NCBI GenBank assembly: GCA_900617105.1
Contig: UYFQ01000701.1
Span: forward strand, 1-35,173
Direction: 5' to 3'
Length of the DNA: 35,173 nt
Source: Hydrurus foetidus
Taxonomy: Eukaryota
Shown here: one piece after another, positions 9,238 through 21,118 of the stretch
How positions within the stretch are numbered: position 1 is the stretch's first letter
Layout of the letters: each line of letters opens with the position of its first letter
The notes under the pieces: model-generated
Databases searched by the model: none
The model's input: the letters and a program-made list of their open reading frames with translations, nothing else
Told to the model about the DNA's origin: nothing
Translations under genes and position numbers: made by a program

Positions 9238-12200
9238 TCAACGTTGTTTATTGATTAATCTTGTCATGTTATGATGACGCAAATTATCATGAAGTTTATC
9301 AACATCACAAAGACTTGAGTAAGGTTCCCAAGTGTTTTTATCAGAAGGGTAATTTAACCATTTGACTAAAAACTCTATTTGAGAACGTTGATGTTGACCA
9401 CGATGATCAAGGATTTCTCCTACGAAGTATTCCATATGGTCACGTCGTGCAACATCTAACGGATTTGTGACCGATGAGTTATATAGAAAGGGTTTCATTG
9501 CAGATACATGATAAACCGTAGTTTTCTGTGTGACAAGATCATATAAAGTGTAACGCGAATTTTCGCCACTAACCACTTTTAATGGACCTCTCCAATGCGT
9601 ATGAAGACGTGAAGGAGGTTATCCATCTCGATAGTGCATTAAGACATATGAGTCTTTGGGGTAATCAACATGCTGATTGATTTGAGACTGACTTTGATGA
9701 AGCAAGTCTGTGCGAAGAAGCTCTTTAGCTGAAGCTTTAAGAAGGCTATCTTGCGTTTTGATGAGATTGCTCATACATTTTGACAAAGGATTGTCATCAG
9801 TAGCAAGTCGCTCAGCAGGAGGTAAAAAGATTCCTCTGTCGTCACATTTCCAAAAAGAAATGCGAAGCAGAGATTTTCAAACGATCACTATGGTTGGCAT
9901 TTAAAATTCGTTGCACAAAAGGCAGTGATGTTTTGTAATCTACTAAAGTGTTAAATTATCAAAATTCAATGCCCGAAGGTGTCTATTAACTTCCTTGTAC
10001 ATGCGCTCAACAATAGCGTTCTCTTCTTATGAATAAGCTAACGTTAAACAATGTTGAGTGCCAATAAGAGATAAATACTCTTTGATAACTTCGGGAATGA
10101 AGTGTGGCCCATTATCAGAACGGAGTTGGAGAGGTGCGCCGAAACGACCGAAATGTTGCAAGAGACATTTAGCTGTCGAAAGTGCAGTAGCATCTTCCGT
10201 GTGAAACAGCTCAACCCATCTTGTGAACTTATCTATTATAACTAGTACGTACCCCGTCTGTAAACGGTCCTATGAAGTCTATGTTTACGCATTTCATAGG
10301 TGTGTAAGTGGTAGTCGAAAAGCCATTTGTGTGATCTATGAACCAACATGCTCACCTTTTGACAACACGAACAGTGATCTATGAACCACCTGACATGCTG
10401 ACGCATATATTGCCAAGTTTCATTTCTGTCTTTGAGACGCTTTAAAGTTCGCTCAAGACCAAAATGGCCAACATGAGAGTTATGTACCTTACTAATCGTA
10501 TTGTACTGCTTACGTATTAGTTTAAACTTCTCAATGATATTTGCAGACATGATTGTCGCAGGAGTATATTCCTGAGGGACATGAACCATATTGTTGCGAC
10601 AGAGTCGAGACAACGAATCAGCTATATCATTGTTAACACTAGAAATAAATTCGATTTTAAATGAGAATTCAGATAAGGCCATAAACCATCTGACGATCAT
10701 AGGATTTGAATTTTCCTTGATGTATAACAAGTTACGATGATCTGAACGTAATGTTAACAAACAATCACGTAATAGCGATTTTAAATACGTGCACGCATTT
10801 TTGTATCACTGCCCAACGAAGGTGAGCTTTGTTGAGTGATTTACTAACAAATGCTATGGGCGTTTCTTGTCCGTCAGCTAATTGGAAAAGTTAAGCACCT
10901 ACACCATAGTCCGATGCATCAGTGTGCAAGTATATTGGATCGGTGTCTCTTAAAAAGTGCATAGTCGTGCATTTAGAAATCTCAGATTTGATCAAGTCAA
11001 ATGCTCTGAGAGCTTCAATTGTCCAAGTTATTTTTTAGACTTGTTATTTATTTTTTTTAAGAAGCAACTGGTGTAATGGATATACAACCGTAGAAGCATT
11101 TTTAAGAAAGTCATTAAATAATTCACCAATCCTAAAAACCTTTTAAGTTGTTTAGATATAGTTGGTTTTAGAAAATCTAAGACATTCCGTATTTTTTGTT
11201 GTGACATTCTAAGTCCATCGGCAGATAAGACTTTGCCAACATAGTCAATTTAAGTATAACCGAGAAAACATTTATTTGGTTTTACAAATATTTTGTGTTT
11301 TCTAAAGCGTTCAAAAACAAGACGAAGTCTAAGAATTAACTCGAAGACATTGCAATCATCAATGTACATTTCGCATATGGAGTATATCAACCCTGCTAAC
11401 ACATTAGTCGACATAATCTGTTGAAAGTAAGAGGGTGCTTGTTTAGGCCCAAAGGGTAAACGAGTGAATTGATATACACCGCAGAAAAGTATGAATGCAG
11501 TATATGCGCGTGCAGCAAGTGTAAGTGGTGCTTGATGATAACCTTGAGTAAGGTCAAGAACAGCGAAAACTTTAGCTTTATGTGCCCCTATCCGACGCAA
11601 CATCTCACCAATGTGCGGGATGGGATGTGATGCATCTTCGGTACAGTTATTGAGGTTCCGAAAATCTATACACATACGCTTAGTTCCATCTGATTTAGGA
11701 ACTAGTAAAACTTGGCTATAATGAGCCGCGTTTGATTTCTCAACAATCCCTTGTTTTTCAAGCTTTGATATCTGACTATGAATGTCAGCTTGATCAACAT
11801 TTGATTTGGACCATGGAGGTTTTCTATGACGTGGGACTTTCCATTTTACGTCATCCACGTTAAAGTCAAAAGGGGGAATATCAGCAGGAGTGGCTAAAAG
11901 TTCACTGCTAAATATATCCTTAAACTCATTGACTAGCAAACGAAGTTTATTTTTCTGATCTTCATCACCTACTATGTGCATTAGCGAGAGTGGGTCTGTA
12001 TCAGGGAATTCATCTATCCAAGGTGAAAACGAGTCATTGATCGAATCGTTGATTTCATCCTCATCAGGGGGCACGAACCCAAAAAGTCGTTCAGACTCTT
12101 AAATTAGAGAAGCTAGTATGACATGTGTTTGGGTGACTGGTGGACTTTCCATTTGGGGTAATGGATCATCTTTTTGGGTCCCCTCGGAGGGTTGCAACTT

Positions 12201-12850
12201 CTCCTTAGGCTGACAGCCTCACGTCATAACCACTTGCTCAGAAGTTAAGACTTTTGCTAACGGGATCATGTTTGACAAAGCATTTGACGTAATTTGACGG
12301 GGAACTTTGAAAACAAATTCATTTAGCGAATTGCTTTTCGTCCCACTATAAGATCAATTTTCGATTCGTTTAAAATGTAAGCCGTGATTGAAAAAGACGA
12401 ATAAGTATTTAAATCAGGTCAAAAATAAGAAAGATTTGAGTCTATGGTGTCAGAAATATCATGACAATGATTATCTAGACCACTACAAACTCCACACAAT
12501 TTCTCTGGAGTGTGACTCGAATGGGAAAGGAAGAGGTGGAAGGCTAGTAGAGGTAGTTAGTTACAGCAGGTGCTAGAAGCTAGGGTTAACTTCTACGTGG
12601 AGGCTGTAAGTGGCTACGACGATACGACAGACTGTAGTGTACGGTGGGTAGTGTACCGTAGTACTATCCGGTAGGATCGGGACCTTGGACCCGGAACTAC
12701 CACAGGAGATTTATAAACGAAATGTGAAAGATTATGTCTAAGTATGATCCGGCGGCTAATGCAATTGCCGGCGAAGGATCCCGTATCCAGAAGAGTAGGC
12801 ACTCTTTCACTTCGACCCAGCATGAGTTGCTGTGATGTAGGAGAAATGAA
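9238..12850 (-). pseudogene. Gypsy pol remnants: protease, RT, RNase H, integrase, chromodomain
   Basis: PR LLDTGS; RT RMCIDFRNLN, LDLTQGYHQ, LPFG, YIDD (11250-12074); RH RSDHRNL..NDIADSLSR and IN HHCC HNSHVGH..CSCCQK (10242-10760); chromodomain EYFVGEILDHR..FLVKWLNY..NTWEP (9238-9430). Confidence 0.92.
12511..12704. mobile_element. 194-bp solo LTR nested in the Gypsy protease
   Basis: TGTG...CACA ends flanked by a GGAG duplication (12507-12510, 12705-12708); removing it restores the frame ...YKSPEKLCGVCSGLDN... Confidence 0.85.
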
Positions 12851-14278
12851 GAAAGGGATGAGTTCTGGATCCGTAAAAATATTAGATGAATTTAGGTTGC
12901 ATAGTTGCATACCTTTTTGTTTCTTCGCGGAGAGCGTCGCTGATGCAGCAGGCTTCGAAGACGTTGACGACGACGACGAGGAAGTCGATGAGGAAGAAGA
13001 AGAGGAAGAAGATTTAGGCACGTTGGGAATGAACTTAGCCTTTGGATCGACTTTCAAAAACTTTTTGTGACCCTCGGACTGAAGGTAGGGTTTGTCTGTA
13101 CTGTTATGGTACGGAGACGAAGTGAAGAAACATGCGGCATTGAGATGGCCAAGTTTCCCACAACCTGTGCAGATAGGTCTGTCAGACTTCTCAGATTGCA
13201 CAGATTGGTCATCCTCTCGTTGACGTTTTTGGATTTGTTTGTCGTGAGAGGTACGATGAGGAGTTTTGATTTATTTCGAATTTTCCCCATATGAAGGGTA
13301 GACATCAATAAATTTCAACGCTTCAATTGATTCACGTACTCTGGCAAGTTGCGCAAGCCATACAAATCGAAAGTCTTCGATTACAATGAGCCGCGGTGTC
13401 ATGTCGAGATGATGATGCAACACTGCTCTCCAGTTGATGGGTTCAGCTGGCAACTTATTGATGAGAATATTAGTTGCTTGCAGCTGCATAGCAGGTGTTG
13501 CATCAGGGAATGCTTCAACAACATCAGCTAAAAACTGATCTGTCTTCTCTTCCACTGATTTGTCCATCAGATCAAACTAAATTTGAACCGGAGTGATGGA
13601 TTCAATGAACCCTAGCGTGTCAATTCGATTGACAGCCGATCTAGGAACTGTGACATTCAATTCTCTACAGAAGTATTGATTTGTCCAACGCTGCCATTTA
13701 TTACAAGCTTCACGACGATCAGGATTTGTCGCAAACTTACGCATGAGAAGCGTTGTAAATGATAGGATGTTGGTAGCGTAGACAACATCAATTGGACGAA
13801 ACGGAGTTCCATTTGAAAGGAGAACCTCCATTACTCGACGAACTTCCTGACGAGAGGGCACGGCACTCAACTCAGGAGGCTTTTCACCAATCTGCACAGA
13901 TTGCTTTGATGGTGCCATCGTCATTGGAATCTCAGCCGAGGCTGGTATCTCAGCCGAGGCTGGTATCTCAGTCGAGACTGGTATCTCAGTCGGAACTGGT
14001 GAAACGTCAGGTAAAATAGCAGGCACGCCACTAACAGACATGACCGCAATTTCCGAAGTCGGCTGAGACGTCGGCAAAGACAGGTCTCCGGCGGGGTCCT
14101 GAATCGCAGGTGATCCAGGAGACTCTACTATGTCCGGAACATTTCGAACTGTCCGGGCAATGTAGGCTGCTCGGGCTGCAATACTGACGGCGCGGGGGAT
14201 GGACGGTCTGCTCGCAACGATGATGCTGCTGGCAGCAGGTTGGCGGGTGGCCCTTTTCTTCATGCGGCGTAGAGCCAT
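12851..14278 (-). pseudogene. Gypsy gag remnants (ORFs 13577-14278, 13271-13567 and the start of 12614-13201)
   Basis: Lies between the LTR and the protease; CCHC knuckle CTGCGKLGHLNAAC followed by a Ser-rich linker. Confidence 0.75.
13930..14000. repeat. 18-bp minisatellite x4 inside gag (EIPASA-like hexapeptides)
   Basis: Unit TCTCAG(C/T)CGAG(G/A)CTGGTA repeated four times, last copy diverged. Confidence 0.85.
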
Positions 14279-14474
14279 TGATGGCGCTCCGATATGAAAT
14301 TTAATGGACGGATGAATAGAAAGAATTGAGAAAAAAAAATCTCTTAATAGGATTCGGTGATGGCCGAATATCGATATTATGGCCGGTGGGGCACTAGGAC
14401 TGTTGGACTGGAAGATGAGGACTGAGGAAGACGGAAACTGAAGACGGTGGGCTGACGGAAAAAGCTCTGGTTAA

Positions 14475-14484
14475 AGATTACAGT
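14475..14484 (-). promoter_or_regulatory. Gypsy PBS ACTGTAATCT, Tf1/sushi-type self-priming
   Basis: Directly follows the LTR end; 9/10 complementary to AGATTCCAGT (14564-14555, minus), which lies 20-30 nt downstream of TATA-like boxes. Confidence 0.7.
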
Positions 14485-14886
14485 TGATAGGAGGGAGTAA
14501 TGTATACAGTACTCTTAACATTGAACAACAATAGGGAAGGACTTTAGACCCATAACTGGAATCTGGGCGTAATGAGCCTATTATACCTAGTATACCTAGA
14601 CACATTGTATCCACATATAGATGCAATAAGGCTACAACGGCGAGAGGTCGCACTTGGGACGACTCCCCCTAAAGGGACACACCTCTGAGAGCGGAATAGA
14701 ATTAAAGGATACCGGACGGTTGTATGGGTTCTCTGGAGTGGCTAGGAGCAAAGGCTGCTGACCGGTGCCGGTCCCTAAAGGGATGGCTGCGGAGGGGGAG
14801 ATGTCGGGCAACGGGACGGGGACGATGACGATGACGATGACAGCGTTGGACTGACAAGCATCGGGAACTAGTCCTTCCAACTATCA
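14485..14886 (-). repeat. Gypsy 5' LTR (402 bp, TGATAG...CTATCA)
   Basis: Perfect 6-bp terminal inverted repeat, TATA-like boxes at ~14594 and 14585, located ~200 bp upstream of the gag ATG. No partner LTR in the window. Confidence 0.75.
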
Positions 14887-15079
14887 TCGCGTCATATCGC
14901 TTTTTACAATAATTGTTTGGTCGTTTTTTCAAATTATTAGCTTCGCATGCATGCTCGTAATAGATAGGCTTTGTTGAGAGTGTTCTCTCACAATCTTTTG
15001 ATCAGCCCTAGTCTATTCAGTCTAACGTATTTTATTACCCCATGGCCAACCAATCCTACGTTGTTATAATGATATGTCC

Positions 15080-15373
15080 TGTAATGTTATCTGAGCACTT
15101 GCGTGCTAGTGAGTGAAGGGAATTCTGACCCAAGGTCCGCCCCCAGTACCCGAGCTTGGTTCGAAAGTGAGAACAGCAGGGGAGGGCGGACGGGTGAGCC
15201 CAGGCGCGCAGGCGCAGCCATTATATAAGATCGCTTCTATTTCCATCGCATTTTATTCGTCTAGGGTGCAACGGAGAGCGCAGAAGGAAACGGCGAGAGG
15301 TCGCACTTGGGATGACTCCCCCTAAAGGGACACACCTCTGAGAGCGGAATAGAACCGTATTCTGTATACATCA
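15080..15373 (-). mobile_element. Probable solo LTR related to the Gypsy LTR
   Basis: TG...CA ends, flanks TGTCC/TGTCA (4/5 match), TATATAA at ~15220-15228, and 66 bp shared with 14636-14701. Confidence 0.55.
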
Positions 15374-15729
15374 TGTCACCAGAATACACAATTACACAAT
15401 ACCGTTTAGTTTTTCTTTTTGACCAATATTTCGAGACTCTACCTTCACATGTGTGTAACTCCGCAAGTAGAAGGTGTAACAACACAAGAAACTTGTGCCA
15501 CTTGTGTCGAGCTCACCTGACGGTCTGTGTTGTTCGACTTGCAAACCGATATCAAACAAAGGAGTTAAAATGTGGGATAAATTTTCGGAGTTCCTCGGAA
15601 GTTCGTCGTCAAGGCATCCTCATCCGTTTGTCTCGGAGTAGACTTCTATTCTTCGAGCTCTTTCATTGTAAGTAACGTCTTGAATCCAGCGCATCATAGA
15701 CAGATCATCTGTACATCTCCGACAGAAGA

Positions 15730-17382
15730 ATGACTGACAGCACGATGAAGGACGTCAAGATTGGTGCGTGGACACTCTGGTAAAATATGATCCTCAGGAA
15801 TCCCTTACCCCAAACCACTTTTGTAAATCACAACGGGTCACCCATATACCCCACTGACATTTCCTCTAGGGCAATCGGAGTCGGTAGCGCATTAGGCGGC
15901 GATTTTTTTGGGTGGGAATTCGTTCTCTATGGCGGATTTTTGTCTGCTTTGGGTGCAACCGCGTTTGCAGCATCGTTCTACTGGTTGTACGCGCTATCGA
16001 TAACAGAACTTGCAGCTCGTTACAGGACATCAGGAGGATCATTCGATTTCGTTCGTGTCGCTCTTGGAAGGCGTGCTGGTGCATTGATGGCTGTCCTTGG
16101 GCTGCTGAAACTACTTCTCGCAAACTCCGCTTTGGCATTAGCGATATCTTCATACTTGATTCAAGGTGGTATGCCCCGCAACATGCAACTCACCTGTTGG
16201 ATCATTACATATGGTGCATTCACTCTACTAGACACTATCGGAGTCAGGCAGTCCGCCAACATCCAAGTTTCAGCTACAGTCTTATGTGTTATGATACTGA
16301 TATTTTACTCGGCGTCCTCGTTCGAGAAATTTAGCTACGCGCGAATCCGTCGAAGTGGTTTAATCAATGACGGTATTCTTGGATTTTTCAAGGGATTCCC
16401 GTTTGCTCTACAATTCTTTGATGGCTTTGAGGAGGTACCTCTATTGATGGGATACGCCATCGACCCTGAAAAATCAATCCCTCAGGCGATAGTATCTTGC
16501 TACATCACAATTTTATTTATCGCTTTAATGATTCTATTCTCTGGTGCGGGCATCACGTCTTTCAGTGTGTTGATAGCCTCAGAAGCACCTCTTATGAACG
16601 GCATAGATGCAGTGTATGGGCACAGTACTTTTGCATCGGATGTAGTTGCGAATTTAGTTGTCGTCGGATTGTTGGTCAATTTTTTCGCTTTTGTTTTATT
16701 CACAAGTCAGCAAATGCAGGCAGTGGCTGAGGCGGGACAACTTCCAGCGTTTCTAGCTTATCGTGATCCTGTGCACGGAGCGCCAATAGCGGCATCTATC
16801 TGCTCTTCTGTGGTTGGATTGATTTTAACAGCTGGTTTCGCCTTCATATTTGGGGAGTCGGCGGCTCAGGACACATTAGTGACAGCCGCTCTAATGCCGG
16901 CTGTGCTCGGCTACGCACTACTACTTGAATGCATAGTGCGCATTAGGGAAGTTGAGAGGAGAAATCTATCCGGCAATGTCGATCCGCACGACTGCGTCAT
17001 ATTAGGACAGGAGCCGGGGGACCTCCGATTCTACTGGGGGCTGAATGGGGCCAAGATGGCGCAGCTTATGTGCGTCATGTTCGTTATCAGTCTCCTTGTG
17101 CTTGCAACCATCTCGCGTGATTTTCGGTGGGGTTTGGTTGTTCTACTTCTTTTGAGCACCTCTATGCTGATTGGGATGGAGAAATTCTTCTCAGCTACGA
17201 AGACCACAACCGAAGATTTCGACAGCAAAACATTCTACGATGAATCCAAGCAGGAAAACATCGATGACACAACTTGTCTATTAGCTCCCTCACTGCCTAA
17301 TACCGACATCAGTTGTTCCGACAGTAATTTCTGCAACGCAAAATTTTCACGAATCGAAGATTTGGAAGTGTACCACTGCTGA
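15730..17382 (+). CDS. APC-superfamily amino acid/amine permease, ethanolamine permease (Eat)-like; exons 15730-15779 and 15870-17382
   Basis: Splicing GT-AG intron 15780-15869 gives MTDSTMKDVKIGAWTLWAIGVGSALGGDFFGW; ELAARYRTSGGSFDFVRVALG, FFDGFEEVPL and DPEKSIP are APC motifs; about 12 hydrophobic segments. Confidence 0.88.
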
Positions 17383-18154
17383 TTACTGTGCACTCACGCA
17401 ATCTCAACGGAATCTTTGAAATCTCGTCAATGACTGCGCACAAATAGAGCGCAGAGTAATTTCAAAGCAAAATGAATAACTTATGTAAATTTTGTGCCAT
17501 AATACTAGCGGCAGAATTGCCTGTCATTTCCGTGCGTCCTGAATCCATCGATATTTGAAAATAGAATATTTTCATCGTGAGCAGTTACGTTGATTTTTTC
17601 AACGGAGCCTCAGGTATCTGATCATTGCGTGTATCACTCCACTCGACCAAATTTTTACGAAATAAAATAAATACAATTCGGAACTTTTTAAAAGGGTCAC
17701 TGCGCATTACAAAACCTATTTTCTAGAAATTGATGACTCATGAGGGCAACTGACATAGCGGATGGGATTTCAAGAAGAGAGTTCCTACTGGCTAAGAAGA
17801 TGACTTACCTTGTTGAGTCGCGCATGTAGGCCATCTCGAACTGTGTTCTCAAAACGCTATCTACACATGATATTATGCAGTTCATTCTTCATTCTTCCGT
17901 ATACGTACAGCGTACAGCAGTACCGGAAATAAACTGCGGGGTGATCAACAGAGGGTCCCCAGTCCCGGCGTCTGAGTTCTGAGCAGCCGTCGTTACACAC
18001 TTCCTTCTTCGCTCGTTTGGAGCCAAAATTATTGCGAAGATAAGCAACAGGATAGTCTATAGCAACATCACCACCTATTCTGTCAACTTTTTAATCTACA
18101 CGCATTAAAGCCGCTCGAATAAGACACTGGTAGTCCAGCATTCCATGCGAAAGA

Positions 18155-20263
18155 ATGCCTGTGGCAAAGGAAGTCAAAGTTGATATTCAAGTTATCGATG
18201 ATAAACTTTTGGCAGAAGGCTTAATTGTCGCGAATGCAGATTCTGACTCTCCGTACACCGGTGAAATAAATCTAGTTGATGTTGCTCCCACGGCTCTAAA
18301 ATTATCGATGTCTTTCAAAAACATCGGTCGGATAGAAAATTTGGTGGGCTTTGACAGACTTGAGAAACTGTGCTTGGACAACAATTTGCTGGAGGAGATA
18401 ATCAATCTCGGACACTTAAAATGCCTGAAGTGGCTGGATTTGTCGTTCAATAAAATTCGAAAGATACAGGGTTTGGAAAATTTGCAGAGCCTAGAAGACC
18501 TGTCATTATACTGCAATAAAATTTTTGTCGTTGAAGGATTAGAAAACTGTCAAAACTTGCAGTGCTTATCTCTCGGTAATAATCGAATAGATTCATTAGA
18601 TCAGATCATTAGATTACGGCAAATTCGCAGTCTGAGAATGCTTACATTGACCAATAATCCGATAGAGATTAATACTGAGTATCGAATGACAGTTTTAGCA
18701 TACGTGGACAGCCTACATTACCTAGATTATGCCATGATTGACAAAAACGAAAAGCTTGCTGCGAAGGAACAGTACCATGACGAGTTACTGGATGTTGAGG
18801 AGAAGGAGAGTGTGATTAACGAGCAACTTGCGAGAGATAAGGCAACTGACCAGTACGTGGTTCTGCTCGGCAATGCCTCCATTCTGTTTGCACACACCAT
18901 GTTCGATGACATGTTCCTGCAGGATCACGAAATAGACAGGCTGAAAAATTTGCCAGGAGTAAAAGAGCATGTAGAACACTTCCGTGCTGGATTCAAAGTA
19001 ATGTCTGAGGAGTACATTCGGTCATCCCTCGAAAGGTGCGTATTCGTGTTCGTCATAGGGGTCCATACTCTCTTGATCTCGTATTCTGCACTAATTACCA
19101 TCATCTGAATTTCTATGAAAGATTTGGTCGTAAGGAGAAGGACATGAATGACTTTGAGAGAACGATAAAGAAGCTGCGCATGGGGGATGACCTCGAGAGC
19201 TCTTCTTTAATTGAGCAATTTGACAAAGCGAAAAAGATAATCGTTAGTGAATTAACTAGCGCAACATCTACAGTATCTGTAAATGAAGGCCAAAAAATGG
19301 TTAGGAAGCTTCAGGAAGATTTGGAGAAGGTGACATATTTTACCCTGATGCACAGTGCCAGTTTATCAGCATTCGAAACCGTATAAAAGCTGATTCATTT
19401 CCTCGAAGGTCTGCGATGAGTTGATGAGTATTGAGTTGCGACTCAACGAAAAGTTCGATGCACTGGTGGACGAATTTGAAAACCGTATCGTAGACGCGAA
19501 GAACATCGCCCTCGAGGCGCAGCAGCTGTTCTTCCGAGTGGTGGAGGAGCTGGAAGACAAGTTCTCCAACGGAGTGCGCGGTGTGTGCTCCGACATGATA
19601 GACAGATACGTGCGGGAAGAGCTGGCGGAGGATTTTTTGTCTGAAGAAGCCATGGCACTTGTGAGTGCTGTGCTGTGAATCATGCTTCACATCTTCATCA
19701 GTTTTTTGCTTTGTACGATATGCATCGTGTGGTTCTTGGCCTCATAAATATCCATCCCTCCATATCCCCACTGTGAACGAAACCAAAGCAATTCTCCTCA
19801 TTCTTTTTTTCCTATCATAATCTTTCCTGCTCTGATTTTTTTCTTAACGTCTCAGGTGAACGACAAAGAAATCTGTCTCGGTCTAGTGAGTGCTTCTCAC
19901 GACCAACACATAGGAAAGATTCTTAAAAAAGAGGACGAGGCGCGCAGCATGGAGTTGGCTCGCACTGTCGAACTGGTCCTCGGGTTCACGTCAGGTGGGT
20001 GCGGTGCACTGTTGAAGTGATCTAATGAGAATTCGTGGGAAATATTTGTCTTGTCTTGCAGGGCTGGCTGCTTCTGGTCCTCATCATTGCAACCGTGATT
20101 ACCATCTGGTATTTGTTTCCGCGATTTAGGTGAGCGTGTGCGCAACAGGGACCGGGTTCTCCAGATAAGAGACCTGTACGGAGCCAACAAGAGCAGCTTG
20201 GCCTCCCTGTTGTCTGCAGATGACGATGACGGCTTCGAGGAGGATGACAATCTCGGAAAGTGA
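18155..20263 (+). CDS. DRC3: Dynein regulatory complex subunit 3 (LRRC48); exons 18155-19035, 19122-19329, 19409-19660, 19856-19994, 20130-20263
   Basis: N-terminal SDS22-like LRRs (LSMSFKNIGRIENL, LCLDNNLLEEI, LKWLDLSFNKI, LSLGNNRI), LRR cap YR..VLAYV..L.YLDY, coiled coil, C-terminal ASHD.HI.KI..EDE and E..RNR.RV..I. All four introns are GT-AG and keep frame. Confidence 0.9.
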
Positions 20264-21118
20264 AGCGAAATGGGGGATGTGACGAGTCGATGTAAACCAT
20301 GACGATCGTGAAGTTGAGTTGACTAGAACTGCAGCTGCTGTCCCCCCGCGCTGAAAGTCACCGATTGTTACACTCCTGTTGTAACGGAAAATAAAATTTG
20401 ATTCAATTGTAAAAAATCACATTATAAATATTGTTTACAATGAATGTACCGCAGCGCAGCGGTACGAGAAAAAATTATGGTCGTTGGAAATAAATATTGC
20501 TGCTACTGTAAATCAACCTACTCCTACTTTGAGCATTTTCCACTCTCAATGCAAATCAATTTATGGACTCGTGAAGACTTTGAAGAATTTCCGTAATATT
20601 TGCACTTGTGACCACACGTAGAACAAAATTATTGGGAAATCGAGGGTAGGAAATTATGTACATGAGTCAGCGATGAGTTCATCATGGCACACGACTAAGT
20701 AACTATAACTATCGTGCATGTAATGTGGCAATATTTGCAGTTCCAGTCTTCACTTCAGGCTCCAATCGATGAAAGGTATCCGAGCTCAAGCTGCAGAAAC
20801 ATATTCTGTGCTGTGCTGTGCTGTACTTCTCATCTCATCTCTCAAAGCGGTGACTGCGGTGCACTGTCCAGCAGCCGTGCCTCTCCTTGGTGCGCGACAG
20901 TGCGTCACAGCACCGTCGATCATTCCGTGTGAAAGAAAGTAGGGGGAGGCAGCCCTGTTGTAGCCGAGATGAGCGTTGCCTTCGAAACGGAAAAGCCGTG
21001 ACGCGACATGCGGCCCAGCAGTAGTCGTGAAAGTGTTCCGCTATCGTAACGCTTTTATCAGCCCTTCATTCGCATCGGTCGTATCTGCACACAACATGCG
21101 GTAGGAAGAAATGCACTT

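Larger units (their letters stand above)
9238..14886 (-). mobile_element. Degenerate chromodomain-containing Ty3/Gypsy retrotransposon; 5' LTR present, 3' LTR not found
   Basis: Minus-strand order LTR-gag-PR-RT-RH-IN-chromodomain with many stops and frameshifts. Confidence 0.93.

Noticed and set aside
14486..14497. Purine tract GATAGGAGGGAG followed by TAATGTATACAG, suggesting a plus-strand PPT and an 876-bp LTR ending at 15373
   Set aside because: Better explained as the U5 end of the minus-strand LTR 14485-14886, which has perfect TGATAG/CTATCA ends and a PBS directly after it.
6096..14886. Tyrosine recombinase next to an RT, suggesting a DIRS/Ngaro-like or hybrid element
   Set aside because: They are on opposite strands, separated by a MITE, and the RT element has its own DDE integrase and LTR; they are independent insertions.
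15787..15869. ORF-track start MILRNPLPQ... for the permease
   Set aside because: Lies within the GT-AG intron 15780-15869; the upstream ATG at 15730 gives a better TM1 motif.
20446..20465. GC-rich hairpin GTACCGC-N6-GCGGTAC as a possible Helitron end or terminator
   Set aside because: No CTRR downstream and no other Helitron features; a 7-bp stem alone is weak evidence.
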